Shown here one piece after another: positions 47,877 through 56,788 of a stretch of DNA of 64,000 bases; the stretch's first letter is position 1; the number at the start of each line of letters is the position of its first letter. The stretch is from Candidatus Avispirillum sp. (GTDB lineage Bacteria; Bacillota; Clostridia; Oscillospirales; CAG-272). The DNA lies in NCBI GenBank assembly GCA_045656825.1, contig JAZORY010000001.1, positions 2,819 to 66,818 of the forward strand, written 5' to 3'. A program made the position numbers and the translations under genes. A model generated the notes under the pieces. It was not told the origin of the DNA, ran no database searches, and saw only the letters and a program-made list of their open reading frames with translations.

Positions 47877-48699
47877 AGTCTGTGATAACCATTATTTTGG
47901 AAAGATCGGTTGTGAGCATTGCAGCAGGAGTAACGTAAGCGATAATGGAACGGCTGTAAGGATCCTTTTCAATTTCCGTAACGTATCCTATAACCAGTCC
48001 TCTGGGATAAACGCTACCGTAGCCGCTGGAAAGGATTCTGTCTCCGACCTCAACGTCTGAATCCTCGCTTAAATATTTAAGCTTACATATTCCGTCGCTT
48101 GAGAGAGAATGGTCGCCTTCAACAACGCATAATTCTCCCGTTCTTTCAATATACGCGCCGATAGAAGCGGAAGCTTCAAGGAAGGTAACCGCTTTAGACC
48201 AGTCGCTTCCCGCCTCAACTATATAGCCAACGATGCCCTCATTTGTTATAACGGGCATATCCACCTCAACGTTATGGTTTTTACCACGGTCGAGGGTGAA
48301 AACTGTCATATAATTTCCGCTTCCGTTGCTTGTGATATTAGCGGGCTCGAAAACGTAGTCTGTGTGCTCTCTTTTTAATTCGAGGTAATTAAAGAGCCAT
48401 TCGTTCATTCCTTCTATTTCCTTAGCGGAATATATCTGGTCCTCAAGCTCGTTTATTTTTTCTCTCAGCTCGTTGTTTTCTGCAACAATACGATCAAACT
48501 CCGTGAAATAGGAAACGTAGCCGTCGATCCCCTCTGTAACGTAAGCAAAGAGCTTCTGGAGAGGAGCAAGAGTTTGATTTATAACGTTGTGAGCATAATT
48601 GCCCACGCCCATAGCATAAAGAACTGAGGGCACTATTGTTGCAAAGAGGGTGATTATAACCAAAACAGCAAAGAATTTACTTTTCAAAAAATCCCTCAT
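47857..48699 (-). CDS. mreC: Rod shape-determining protein MreC
   Basis: N-terminal TM segment, a coiled coil, then beta-barrel domains. It lies downstream of mreB. Confidence 0.9.
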   Translation of the reverse strand: MRDFLKSKFFAVLVIITLFATIVPSVLYAMGVGNYAHNVINQTLAPLQKLFAYVTEGIDGYVSYFTEFDRIVAENNELREKINELEDQIYSAKEIEGMNEWLFNYLELKREHTDYVFEPANITSNGSGNYMTVFTLDRGKNHNVEVDMPVITNEGIVGYIVEAGSDWSKAVTFLEASASIGAYIERTGELCVVEGDHSLSSDGICKLKYLSEDSDVEVGDRILSSGYGSVYPRGLVIGYVTEIEKDPYSRSIIAYVTPAAMLTTDLSKIMVITDYETYSK

Positions 48700-48730
48700 T
48701 ATTATGCTGACCTTTCTTTAGAAATTCAAA

Positions 48731-49744
48731 TTATCTTCCGCGATTTCTGAAAAGAACAGATTCGCTGATGTCGCCGATGCTTTCAAGCACGTGGCCGATA
48801 CCGATAGCAACGCAATCAAGAGGATTCTTTGCGATAGTAACCTTAACGCCTGTAACGTAGGAGATAAGAGCATCAAGGCCGCCAAGGAGTGCGCCGCCGC
48901 CTGCCAGCATAATGCCGTTGTCGTATATATCGGCTGCAAGCTCGGGAGGAGTGTTTTCAAGAGTTGAGCGGATAGCCTCAATGATGTGAACGATCTGCTC
49001 GTGCATAGCCTCTCTGATTTCGGCGGAGCTGACGTTGATAATAGCGGGAAGACCGTTAAGGAGGTTTCTGCCCTGAATCTCCATATATCCTCTGTCAACT
49101 GCGGGGTGAACAGAGCCGATCTTCTTTTTGAGCATTTCGGCTGTAACCTCGCCGATAAGTATATTATGCTTTTTCTTGATGTAATTAACGATAGCCTCGT
49201 CAAGCTCATCGCCTGCGATTCTGAGGGACTTGGAGAGAACGATACCGCCAAGGCTGAGAACGGCAACCTCTGTTGTTCCGCCTCCGATATCAACGATCAT
49301 ACTGCCGCGAGCATCCTCAACGCGAAGTCCGCTTCCGATAGCAGCTGCGATGGGCTCCTCAATAAGAGCAACCTTCTGAGCGCCTGCTTCAAGAGTAACG
49401 TCTTCAACGGCTCTTTTTTCAACCTCTGTAACTCCGTAGGGGACACAAACAACAACTCTGGGGCCGCTGAAGAGGCTTGAGCCTGCAGCTTTCTTGAAAA
49501 AGTCGCGAAGCATAGCGGTCGTGAAATCAAATTCAGCGATAACGCCGTCCTGAAGAGGACGCATAGCAACAATGGAGCCGGGGGTTTTACCAAGCATAAG
49601 CTTAGCCTCGTTACCAACTGCAACAACCTTTTTGCTTCTTTCTTCTATTGCAACAACGGAGGGCTCGCGAAGAACGATGCCCTTGCCTTTAACGTAAACG
49701 ATGGTATTGGCGGTGCCAAGATCGATTCCGATGCTTCTTCCCAT
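48731..49744 (-). CDS. mreB: Rod shape-determining actin homolog MreB
   Basis: 337 aa. IGIDLGTANT phosphate-1 motif and DIGGGTTE. Confidence 0.97.
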   Translation of the reverse strand: MGRSIGIDLGTANTIVYVKGKGIVLREPSVVAIEERSKKVVAVGNEAKLMLGKTPGSIVAMRPLQDGVIAEFDFTTAMLRDFFKKAAGSSLFSGPRVVVCVPYGVTEVEKRAVEDVTLEAGAQKVALIEEPIAAAIGSGLRVEDARGSMIVDIGGGTTEVAVLSLGGIVLSKSLRIAGDELDEAIVNYIKKKHNILIGEVTAEMLKKKIGSVHPAVDRGYMEIQGRNLLNGLPAIINVSSAEIREAMHEQIVHIIEAIRSTLENTPPELAADIYDNGIMLAGGGALLGGLDALISYVTGVKVTIAKNPLDCVAIGIGHVLESIGDISESVLFRNRGR

Positions 49745-49794
49745 ATTAAAACCAAACCTTTCTTTTGTCTCTTATATTGACTGTCCTTTATCTA

Positions 49795-50364
49795 TTAAAG
49801 TTCGGGAGTTATTCCGAATTGTTCTCTGAGTATAACTGAAATGCGGCAGAGAGGAAGACCCACAACCGTATAATAGTCGCCGTCGATTTTATCTATGAAC
49901 ATACCTGCGGCGCACTGGATACCATACGCGCCTGCTTTATCCATAGGATTTCCGCTCTTCACGTATTCCTTTATTTCATCTTCAGTGATAGCTCTCATAT
50001 GCACCTTGGTTTCGGAAACCTCGGTATATGAGTTGTCTCCTTCTCTGACAGTGAAGCCTGTTAAAACGGAGTGCTCACGATCGGAGAGGGCCAAAAGCAT
50101 ATTATATGCATCTTTTTCGTCGGCGGGCTTGCCGAGAATTTTGCCATCTGCCACAACAACTGTGTCGGCGGCGATGATGCATCCGCTATTATCAGCGGCA
50201 ATTTCAGCAGCCTTTCTTCGTGAAAGCTCTGCAACGTATTCGTTTGCAGAGGTGTATTCTATATTTTCATCAGTTTCTGGCTTTATAACCTTACACTTGT
50301 AACCTGCCATTGTAAGGATTTCAAGTCGTCTCGGTGAGCCGGAGGCGAGTATAACGTTATTCAT
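49795..50364 (-). CDS. maf: Maf-family nucleoside triphosphate pyrophosphatase
   Basis: ILASGSPRR N-terminal motif. It lies upstream of mreB, as in many Bacillota. Confidence 0.9.
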   Translation of the reverse strand: MNNVILASGSPRRLEILTMAGYKCKVIKPETDENIEYTSANEYVAELSRRKAAEIAADNSGCIIAADTVVVADGKILGKPADEKDAYNMLLALSDREHSVLTGFTVREGDNSYTEVSETKVHMRAITEDEIKEYVKSGNPMDKAGAYGIQCAAGMFIDKIDGDYYTVVGLPLCRISVILREQFGITPEL

Positions 50365-50457
50365 AAAAGTTCCTTTTATAAAAAATCAGAATGTAGAGTG
50401 CAGAATCAAGGAGACTTTTCGTCAATTCTGTATTCAGCTTTGTTCAACAGGAAAAAG

Positions 50458-50892
50458 TTATCTTTTTCCTGTTGAGCCAATTCCTCCTCTGTCGGGAGAG
50501 CCTAAATCATCACATTCTTCAAAAATCAGAGTGGGCTGATGCTCCATGATTCGAAACTGGCAGATTCTGTCTCCTGCCATAATTTTGGTGTCGCGGAGAG
50601 CATAAGCAGGCATAAACCACTGGTCGCCGTTTCCGCAATAGCTTTCGTCAACAACTCCCATATGGTTTGTCTGAATAATGCCGAAGTTTTTATAAGTGGA
50701 GGAGCGGGGAACGATATGCGCCTCATATCCCTTTGGAAGTGCTATTGCAACGCCGAGGGGGATAAGGCGGAATTCTCCGGCTTTCATTTCTATATCTTCA
50801 GCGCTTCTGAGATCTATCCAGTCAGATTTTCCGTCAACGTAGCAAAGCTTTTCAACCTTGTCGCTGAGATATTTAACTCTGATTTTTTCCAT
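50458..50892 (-). CDS. dut: dUTP diphosphatase
   Basis: Trimeric dUTPase motifs [13 protein letters not shown] and a C-terminal GGIGSTG. Confidence 0.8.
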   Translation of the reverse strand: MEKIRVKYLSDKVEKLCYVDGKSDWIDLRSAEDIEMKAGEFRLIPLGVAIALPKGYEAHIVPRSSTYKNFGIIQTNHMGVVDESYCGNGDQWFMPAYALRDTKIMAGDRICQFRIMEHQPTLIFEECDDLGSPDRGGIGSTGKR

Positions 50893-50907
50893 TTTGTCCT
50901 CTTTTAG

Positions 50908-52941
50908 TTAAGATTGTATTCTTGTGAAGCTTGTTCCCTCAGGGGCTGCAAGTCCTTTTTTGTAGCGTCGGATGATATCCTCACATTCTTCCTTTGTTTC
51001 GGTTGAGAATATGAAATGTCCTCGGGAGATTCCCATTTGGGAAAGCTCCTTTTTCTTATCAGCCATATAAACGGGAACGCTGTTATAAACGATATTTGTG
51101 CAATCGGGCAGAGCGATTATGGGGAATGAAACGCCCTTGCGATCAACTATTGCGCTTTTGCAGTAGGTGCTGCCGTCGCCTCGTGCAAGGCCTTCTCCGT
51201 CCTTTTTGCAATTTTTGCCGCCGTCGGATATAGCGCAGCGATAAAGCGTCATAAGAGGAAGTCTGCCATAGATGATGGCAGTTTTGCCCTCATCTGCAAT
51301 ATCTCTTATCTGGGGAGCGGTCAGCTCGGGGGAGAGCACGGACCAGCGAGCGCCCATATGCTTGCAAACGGATGCGGTTGCGCTGTTGAACGTATTCAGC
51401 CTGTGAGACGAAACGGGAGAAAGACCTCGTTTTTTCGCTTCATAGAGCTGCCCCGTTGTGTTTACCATAACTCTGCCGGCATCGGGGAAATGATCCTTTT
51501 GCAGATCGAAGTTGATGGGGGGCAGGATGGGAGTGTATCCCGAATGGCGACCTGAGGGAAGAAATATTTCTTCAAAAAACTCAGACGCTGAGTCGGGGAT
51601 TTGTGATGGATGAGCAAACTCTGCGGTGAAAACCATTGAGCTTGCGGCAGTTGCCTTCGGCTTTTTATATTCTGCCGCTATATCATCGGCATTTCTTAAG
51701 CCTCCGTTTTCAATTTTCTCAGCCGCGCTTCGTCTCAGGCGGTTGAGCATTGATCTGGAGATGAAAGCGTTTTCATCACAGCTGATATCAAAATTGCGCA
51801 GAGCAAAGGGAGTGTTTCCCAGCTTTGCAGCGCAGGCACGAGCATCGTCCTCGCTCATTGATGCAACGGACTCAGCGGCGTTTACGACGTCTCCGTAAAC
51901 CGTTGCGCTGTGATGCTGTGTAGTCATAGTATATTTGAGAGGCTGTCCGACCACTGCTTCTATTGAAACGTCGGCAGGAATCTTTCTCTTAAGGCCTTCA
52001 AAAACAGTTTTTTCGCTGGCATTAAACTCTTCAAGGGTTCGAACTCCCAGCATATTTCTCGGATTTTTCGAGAGATATCCGTCGGAAAAGCCTTGGCGGG
52101 AGAAAAGCTGCTTGAGATATTCCATTTCCGCATCTGTTGCGTTTCTGCCTTCATCGAGAAGTCGGCGATAGGTTTTGGTAACGCCGTAAACGTATTCCGG
52201 AGGCTTTTGTCTGCCCTCAAGCTTGAGAGAGGCAACTCCTGATGCGATGATATCCTCAATATGTCCTGCAAGGCACATATCCTTCAGGCTTACGGGATAT
52301 CCCTTTTTGCCGTCAAGAGCATAGGGCTGTCGGCAGGGCTGGGCGCAGCTGCCGCGGTTTCCGCTTCTTCCGCCCATAACGGCGCTCATAAGGCACTGGC
52401 CTGAGAAAGAAACGCAATATGCTCCGTGAACGAACATTTCAATTTCAACGGGAGAATTTTCGCAAAGGTGGAAAAGCTCCTTCTTTGAAATTTCTCTGGG
52501 GCAGACCATTCTTGAAAATCCGGCGGACATCAGAGCCTCTGCATCGGATACGGTGTGTCCTGAGAGCTGGGTGCTTGCATGGATCTCAAAATCGGGAAGG
52601 ATCCTATGGATTTCTCCTGCAAGTCCGTTGTCGGCCAGGATGAGCGCATCGGCGCCCCAGCTGTAAAGCCTTTTGGCGAGTTCAAGTGCATCTGTAAGCT
52701 CGCGGTCGAAAAGGCGGATATTCATTGTGATATAGCTTTTAACTCCGTAGGCACGGCAAAGCTTTATAGCTCGCTGTATTTCCTCGTCGTCAAAATTTCC
52801 TGCTCTCATTCTTGCATTGAATTTGGACGAGCCGAAGTAAACTGCATCGGCGCCGCCTTCAATTGCCGCTTCAAGCGCGGCAAAGCTGCCTGCGGGAGCA
52901 AGAAGCTCGGGCTTGTTGTTCATGAAAGTTCCTTTCACCAA
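50908..52941 (-). CDS. U32-family peptidase (long fused form)
   Basis: 677 aa. The N-terminal TIM-barrel region resembles the U32 family (ELLAPAG...AVYFG). Confidence 0.8.
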   Translation of the reverse strand: MVKGTFMNNKPELLAPAGSFAALEAAIEGGADAVYFGSSKFNARMRAGNFDDEEIQRAIKLCRAYGVKSYITMNIRLFDRELTDALELAKRLYSWGADALILADNGLAGEIHRILPDFEIHASTQLSGHTVSDAEALMSAGFSRMVCPREISKKELFHLCENSPVEIEMFVHGAYCVSFSGQCLMSAVMGGRSGNRGSCAQPCRQPYALDGKKGYPVSLKDMCLAGHIEDIIASGVASLKLEGRQKPPEYVYGVTKTYRRLLDEGRNATDAEMEYLKQLFSRQGFSDGYLSKNPRNMLGVRTLEEFNASEKTVFEGLKRKIPADVSIEAVVGQPLKYTMTTQHHSATVYGDVVNAAESVASMSEDDARACAAKLGNTPFALRNFDISCDENAFISRSMLNRLRRSAAEKIENGGLRNADDIAAEYKKPKATAASSMVFTAEFAHPSQIPDSASEFFEEIFLPSGRHSGYTPILPPINFDLQKDHFPDAGRVMVNTTGQLYEAKKRGLSPVSSHRLNTFNSATASVCKHMGARWSVLSPELTAPQIRDIADEGKTAIIYGRLPLMTLYRCAISDGGKNCKKDGEGLARGDGSTYCKSAIVDRKGVSFPIIALPDCTNIVYNSVPVYMADKKKELSQMGISRGHFIFSTETKEECEDIIRRYKKGLAAPEGTSFTRIQS

Positions 52942-52950
52942 GTCAACAAA

Positions 52951-53538
52951 TTATTTGTTTCTGAGAAGATTTTCGATCTGGCGAAGCTTCTGCTCTCTTT
53001 CTGTTTCGGGCTTGTCGCCTTCGATTGCGCGGCGTGTGATAAGCTCGTCCAGGCGACGGAAGGTGTCGTTTCTCTTTTCCTCAGCGGGAGCAGCTTCTTC
53101 AATACCAAGCTGAACTGCAACCTCTGCCTTTTCAGCAGCCTTTTCTTCAACGGCTTCTTCCTCAGCGCCATCAAGAGCCTTGAGGTCTTCAACGTCTGCA
53201 TCAGCGCTTTCTTCTTCTGCCTTAACAGCGGGACCAACGTAGGTTTCGCCCTTAAGACGAGCAACCTCTTCTCTGAGGCGGCGGATATTTGCATCGTAGA
53301 GTGCAACCTGAGCTTCGAGGTTGCGAACTCTCTTTTCAGCCTTCATCTTGTCGCTGGAGTAGTCAAGTGCGCAAAGGATAGCAGCATCAAGCTTTGAGCA
53401 GCGCTTGTTGTGTCTGAGAAGGTATCTGATAGAAGAATCAAGCTCGTTTGCAAGACGCATAACGAATTCTTCTCTTTCATCTGATATGATAGCCATTTCA
53501 ACGTCAGCTATTTCAAGCTCATATCTTTTCTTTTCCAT
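52951..53538 (-). CDS. zapA: Cell division protein ZapA-like with C-terminal coiled coil
   Basis: ZapA-like N-terminal block (I.G..Y.I..DE.EE....LA..LD). I set the start at the ATG at 53538. The longer track ORF would run through the proB promoter. Confidence 0.7.
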   Translation of the reverse strand: MEKKRYELEIADVEMAIISDEREEFVMRLANELDSSIRYLLRHNKRCSKLDAAILCALDYSSDKMKAEKRVRNLEAQVALYDANIRRLREEVARLKGETYVGPAVKAEEESADADVEDLKALDGAEEEAVEEKAAEKAEVAVQLGIEEAAPAEEKRNDTFRRLDELITRRAIEGDKPETEREQKLRQIENLLRNK

Positions 53539-53576
53539 GGTTTTATGTACGCTCCTTAAAAATTTATAAAATTCTC

Positions 53577-53604
53577 TTGAAAATCGGGCAAATAGTGCTA
53601 TAAT
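53577..53604 (+). promoter_or_regulatory. Sigma-A promoter of proBA
   Basis: TTGAAA (53577-53582), a 16-nt spacer ending in TGC, then TATAAT (53599-53604). Confidence 0.6.
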
Positions 53605-53721
53605 CAAAATAACAGTATACCCAATTATAATATTATTCATTATATTATAATATATTAAGAGGTAAAAATAAATACTTTTAACTTAAATTTTTTGTAACAT
53701 AGAGGTCTTTTCAGAAAGAAA

Positions 53722-54519
53722 ATGAGAAATATACACGACTGTAACAGAATAACTGTGAAAATAGGCTCCTCAACGCTGACTCACGCGCAAACGGGCAGAC
53801 TTAATATCCGCAGAATCGAGGCGCTTGTCAGGGTGCTTTCCGATATGAAAAACGCGGGTAAGGAGGTTGTTCTTGTATCATCCGGTGCGGTTGCAGCGGG
53901 CGCAAGCAAGCTAGGGCTTCCCATGCAGAAAAGAACACTTGCAGAAAAGCAGGCTTTGGCGGCTGTTGGTCAGACGGAGCTTATGCGCCTGTACGAGCGT
54001 CTTTTCGCTTCCTACGGACACAGCGTTGGTCAGATCCTTATGACAAAGGACGTTGTAGACGACAGTCATCGTCTTGAGCTTGTAAAAAACACGTTCAGAA
54101 CTCTTTTTTCTCTCGGCTGTGTGCCGATTGTAAATGAAAACGACTCGGTTTCCTCTGAGGAGCTGCAGTTCGGCGGAAACGATACTCTTTCCGCATACGT
54201 TGCAACGGTTTGCGAGTCTGATTTGCTTGTGAATCTCACGGATATCGACGGTCTTTATGATAGTGATCCCAGAAAAAATCCCGATGCGCGTCTTATTTCA
54301 AGAGTTGAAAAAATAGATGATACGATCCTTGGATTTGCAGGCGGTGCAGGAACAGATCGCGGAACGGGCGGTATGGCAACAAAGCTGAAAGCGGCAGGAA
54401 TCGTTGGAGAGCAGGGGATTCCCATGATCATTATGAACGGTCGCGATCCCTTAAAGCTGTACAGTATTCTTGACGGAGAGCAGATCGGAACCTATTTTGA
54501 TCCTAAGGTGGCAAAATGA
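53722..54519 (+). CDS. proB: Glutamate 5-kinase (short form without PUA domain)
   Basis: ITVKIGSSTLT N-terminus and an amino-acid kinase fold. Confidence 0.93.
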   Translation: MRNIHDCNRITVKIGSSTLTHAQTGRLNIRRIEALVRVLSDMKNAGKEVVLVSSGAVAAGASKLGLPMQKRTLAEKQALAAVGQTELMRLYERLFASYGHSVGQILMTKDVVDDSHRLELVKNTFRTLFSLGCVPIVNENDSVSSEELQFGGNDTLSAYVATVCESDLLVNLTDIDGLYDSDPRKNPDARLISRVEKIDDTILGFAGGAGTDRGTGGMATKLKAAGIVGEQGIPMIIMNGRDPLKLYSILDGEQIGTYFDPKVAK

Positions 54520-55757
54520 ATATAAGAGAATACGTTGAGGCAGTTTGCCTTGGAGCGAAAAAAGCGTCAAGCGAGATCGCTCTTGCGGATACTGCCCTGA
54601 AGAATAAGGTTATCTCCTCCTTTGCAGAGGAGCTTGTGAAAAATTCAGAGTATATAATTTCTGAAAATGCATTGGACGTTGAAGCGGCAAGAGAGCGTGG
54701 CACAAGCGAGGCTATGTGCGACAGATTGACTCTTACGAAGGCAAGGATCGACGGCATAGTTGCGGCGCTTCTTAAGCTGACGGAGCTTCCCGATCCCGTT
54801 GGAAGCGGTTCTGTAACAAAGCGTCCCAACGGCATGGAAATAAAGAAGCTTAGTGTTCCTCTCGGAGCAGTTGGCGTTATATACGAGGCTCGACCCAACG
54901 TCAGCGCAGATATTGCGGGCCTTTGTCTTAAAAGCGGTAACGCGGCAGTGCTTCGTGGAGGCAAGGAAGCGCTTCGCTCCAATATGGCGATAGTTTCCTG
55001 CGCAAAAAAGGCGCTGAAGGCATGCGGACTTCCCGAGGAAACAGTTTCTCTCATTGAAATGACAGAGCGCGAGGGCGCTTCTGTTATGATGGAGCAGCGC
55101 GGCGTGCTTGACGTGCTCATTCCCCGTGGCGGTAAGGGTCTCATTCAGAGCGTTGTGGCAAATTCCAAGGTTCCCGTTATTGAAACGGGCGCAGGCAACT
55201 GCCATTTGTACGTTCATAGCGATGCTGACATAGATAAGGCTGTAAGCGTTGCGGTAAACGCTAAAAATTCCCGCCCCTCCGTTTGTAATGCTATTGAAAC
55301 GCTCCTTGTGCATGAAGATGCAGCAGAAGCGCTTCTTCCTGCATTAAAGGAAGCACTTGGAGAAACGGAGCTTCGCGGCTGCGAAAAGACGAGAGCGGTT
55401 ATTGATTGCGCTGAGGCAACTGAAGAGGATTTTGAAACGGAATATAACGACTATATTCTTGCAGTCAAGGTTGTTTCCTCTCTTTCTGAGGCGGTTGAGC
55501 ATATCAACCGTTACAGCACGGGGCATAGCGAGGCAATTATCACAGAATCAAGAAAGGCGGCAGAATATTTCACGTCCCGCATTGATTCCTCATGCGTTTA
55601 CGTAAATGCTTCAACCAGATTTACAGACGGCGGAGAATTCGGGCTTGGAGCTGAGGTTGGCATTTCAACTCAGAAGCTTCACGCAAGAGGACCTATGGGT
55701 CTTGAAGCGCTTACGACAACAAAATACGTAATAAACGGCGACGGACAGATAAGATAA
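54516..55757 (+). CDS. proA: Glutamate-5-semialdehyde dehydrogenase
   Basis: 413 aa. Catalytic Cys context RPSVCNAIETLLVH. It overlaps proB by 4 nt. Confidence 0.95.
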   Translation: MNIREYVEAVCLGAKKASSEIALADTALKNKVISSFAEELVKNSEYIISENALDVEAARERGTSEAMCDRLTLTKARIDGIVAALLKLTELPDPVGSGSVTKRPNGMEIKKLSVPLGAVGVIYEARPNVSADIAGLCLKSGNAAVLRGGKEALRSNMAIVSCAKKALKACGLPEETVSLIEMTEREGASVMMEQRGVLDVLIPRGGKGLIQSVVANSKVPVIETGAGNCHLYVHSDADIDKAVSVAVNAKNSRPSVCNAIETLLVHEDAAEALLPALKEALGETELRGCEKTRAVIDCAEATEEDFETEYNDYILAVKVVSSLSEAVEHINRYSTGHSEAIITESRKAAEYFTSRIDSSCVYVNASTRFTDGGEFGLGAEVGISTQKLHARGPMGLEALTTTKYVINGDGQIR

Positions 55758-55791
55758 CCGTGCCGACAAAATAAAAATTCAGGAGGCAAAA

Positions 55792-56619
55792 ATGAAACTT
55801 GGTATTATCACAGGCTGGAAAGAAGAATGTTTCCAGTATGTAAAGGATCTCGGTCTTGATGCAGTTGAGTTCTGCTGCAACTTCTATTCCGACAGTAAAA
55901 AGTTTTTGGAGCTTGCTCCCGAAACAAAGGCTTTAAGCGAGAAGTATGATCTTCCCGTTGCATCCGTTGGCCGTTGGGGCGCTATGCGTCTTAACGATGA
56001 CGGCACGATCAATCCTCAGATGATGAGCGAGGATAAGGACTGCATTGATGCAGCAAGCATTATGGGCTGCCCCGTATTCTGCTGCGGCTGCAACAGAGTT
56101 GAAGCTCTTTCTTATTACGATAATCTTCAGAAGGCGATCGAATATTTCTCCGAGCTTATCGAATACGCTCGTCCCAAGGGCGTAAAGATCGCAGTTTATA
56201 ACTGTGGCTGGAACAACTTTGTTTACAGCGATAAGGAATGGGAGATCGTTCTCGGTGCACTTCCCGAGCTTGGTATCAAGTACGACGTTTCTCATTGTTT
56301 CGCTCACGGTGGCGACAGAAACTATCTCCGCGAGATTCGCGATTGGGGCCACAAGATATTCCATTTCCATATCAAAGGCTCTCTTTATATTGACGGTGTT
56401 CGTTATGACGATCCGCCCGCAGGCCTTGACCAGACAAACTGGGGCGCAGTTATGGATATGCTCTATACAAAGAACTACAACGGCGTAGTTTCAATCGAGC
56501 CTCATTCTGACTATTGGAAGGACGAAAGATGCCAGTGGGGTATCGACTATACGATCAAGTATATCCGTCCCATGATTATGCCCGACGGATACAGCGCACC
56601 TATTCCTTACATGCCTTAA
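55792..56619 (+). CDS. Sugar phosphate isomerase/epimerase (xylose-isomerase-like TIM barrel)
   Basis: 275 aa. AP-endonuclease-2/XylA-like TIM pattern (H...D...H...E). Confidence 0.75.
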   Translation: MKLGIITGWKEECFQYVKDLGLDAVEFCCNFYSDSKKFLELAPETKALSEKYDLPVASVGRWGAMRLNDDGTINPQMMSEDKDCIDAASIMGCPVFCCGCNRVEALSYYDNLQKAIEYFSELIEYARPKGVKIAVYNCGWNNFVYSDKEWEIVLGALPELGIKYDVSHCFAHGGDRNYLREIRDWGHKIFHFHIKGSLYIDGVRYDDPPAGLDQTNWGAVMDMLYTKNYNGVVSIEPHSDYWKDERCQWGIDYTIKYIRPMIMPDGYSAPIPYMP

Positions 56620-56685
56620 TTTTATAAGAATTTATTTGCGAGGGGGCTTTTTAGTAAGCCCCCTCGCGCTCCAGAAAGCACAAAG

Positions 56686-56723
56686 CTCACCTCTTTTGGT
56701 TTGTCCAACAAGGTGAGTTTTTT
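56686..56723 (+). terminator. Intrinsic terminator, preceded by a separate GC-rich hairpin at 56638-56667
   Basis: CTCACCT...AGGTGAG stem followed by TTTTTT. The upstream hairpin GCGAGGGGGCTT/AAGCCCCCTCGC has no U-tail. Confidence 0.7.
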
Positions 56724-56724
56724 A

Positions 56725-56753
56725 TTGACTTGAGGTGTGTTTGAGGTTATCAT
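56725..56753 (+). promoter_or_regulatory. Candidate sigma-A promoter of the GH31 gene
   Basis: TTGACT (56725-56730), a 17-nt spacer, then TATCAT (56748-56753). Confidence 0.55.
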
Positions 56754-56788
56754 AGTATTATGAATGAACGTCTTGAAGGGAAAAGATT

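Noticed and set aside
56638-56667. GC-rich 12-bp hairpin GCGAGGGGGCTT/AAGCCCCCTCGC considered as a terminator.
   Set aside because: It has no U-tract on either strand. The real terminator appears to be the next hairpin (56686-56723). It may be an RNA-stabilising structure, but I cannot support a specific call.
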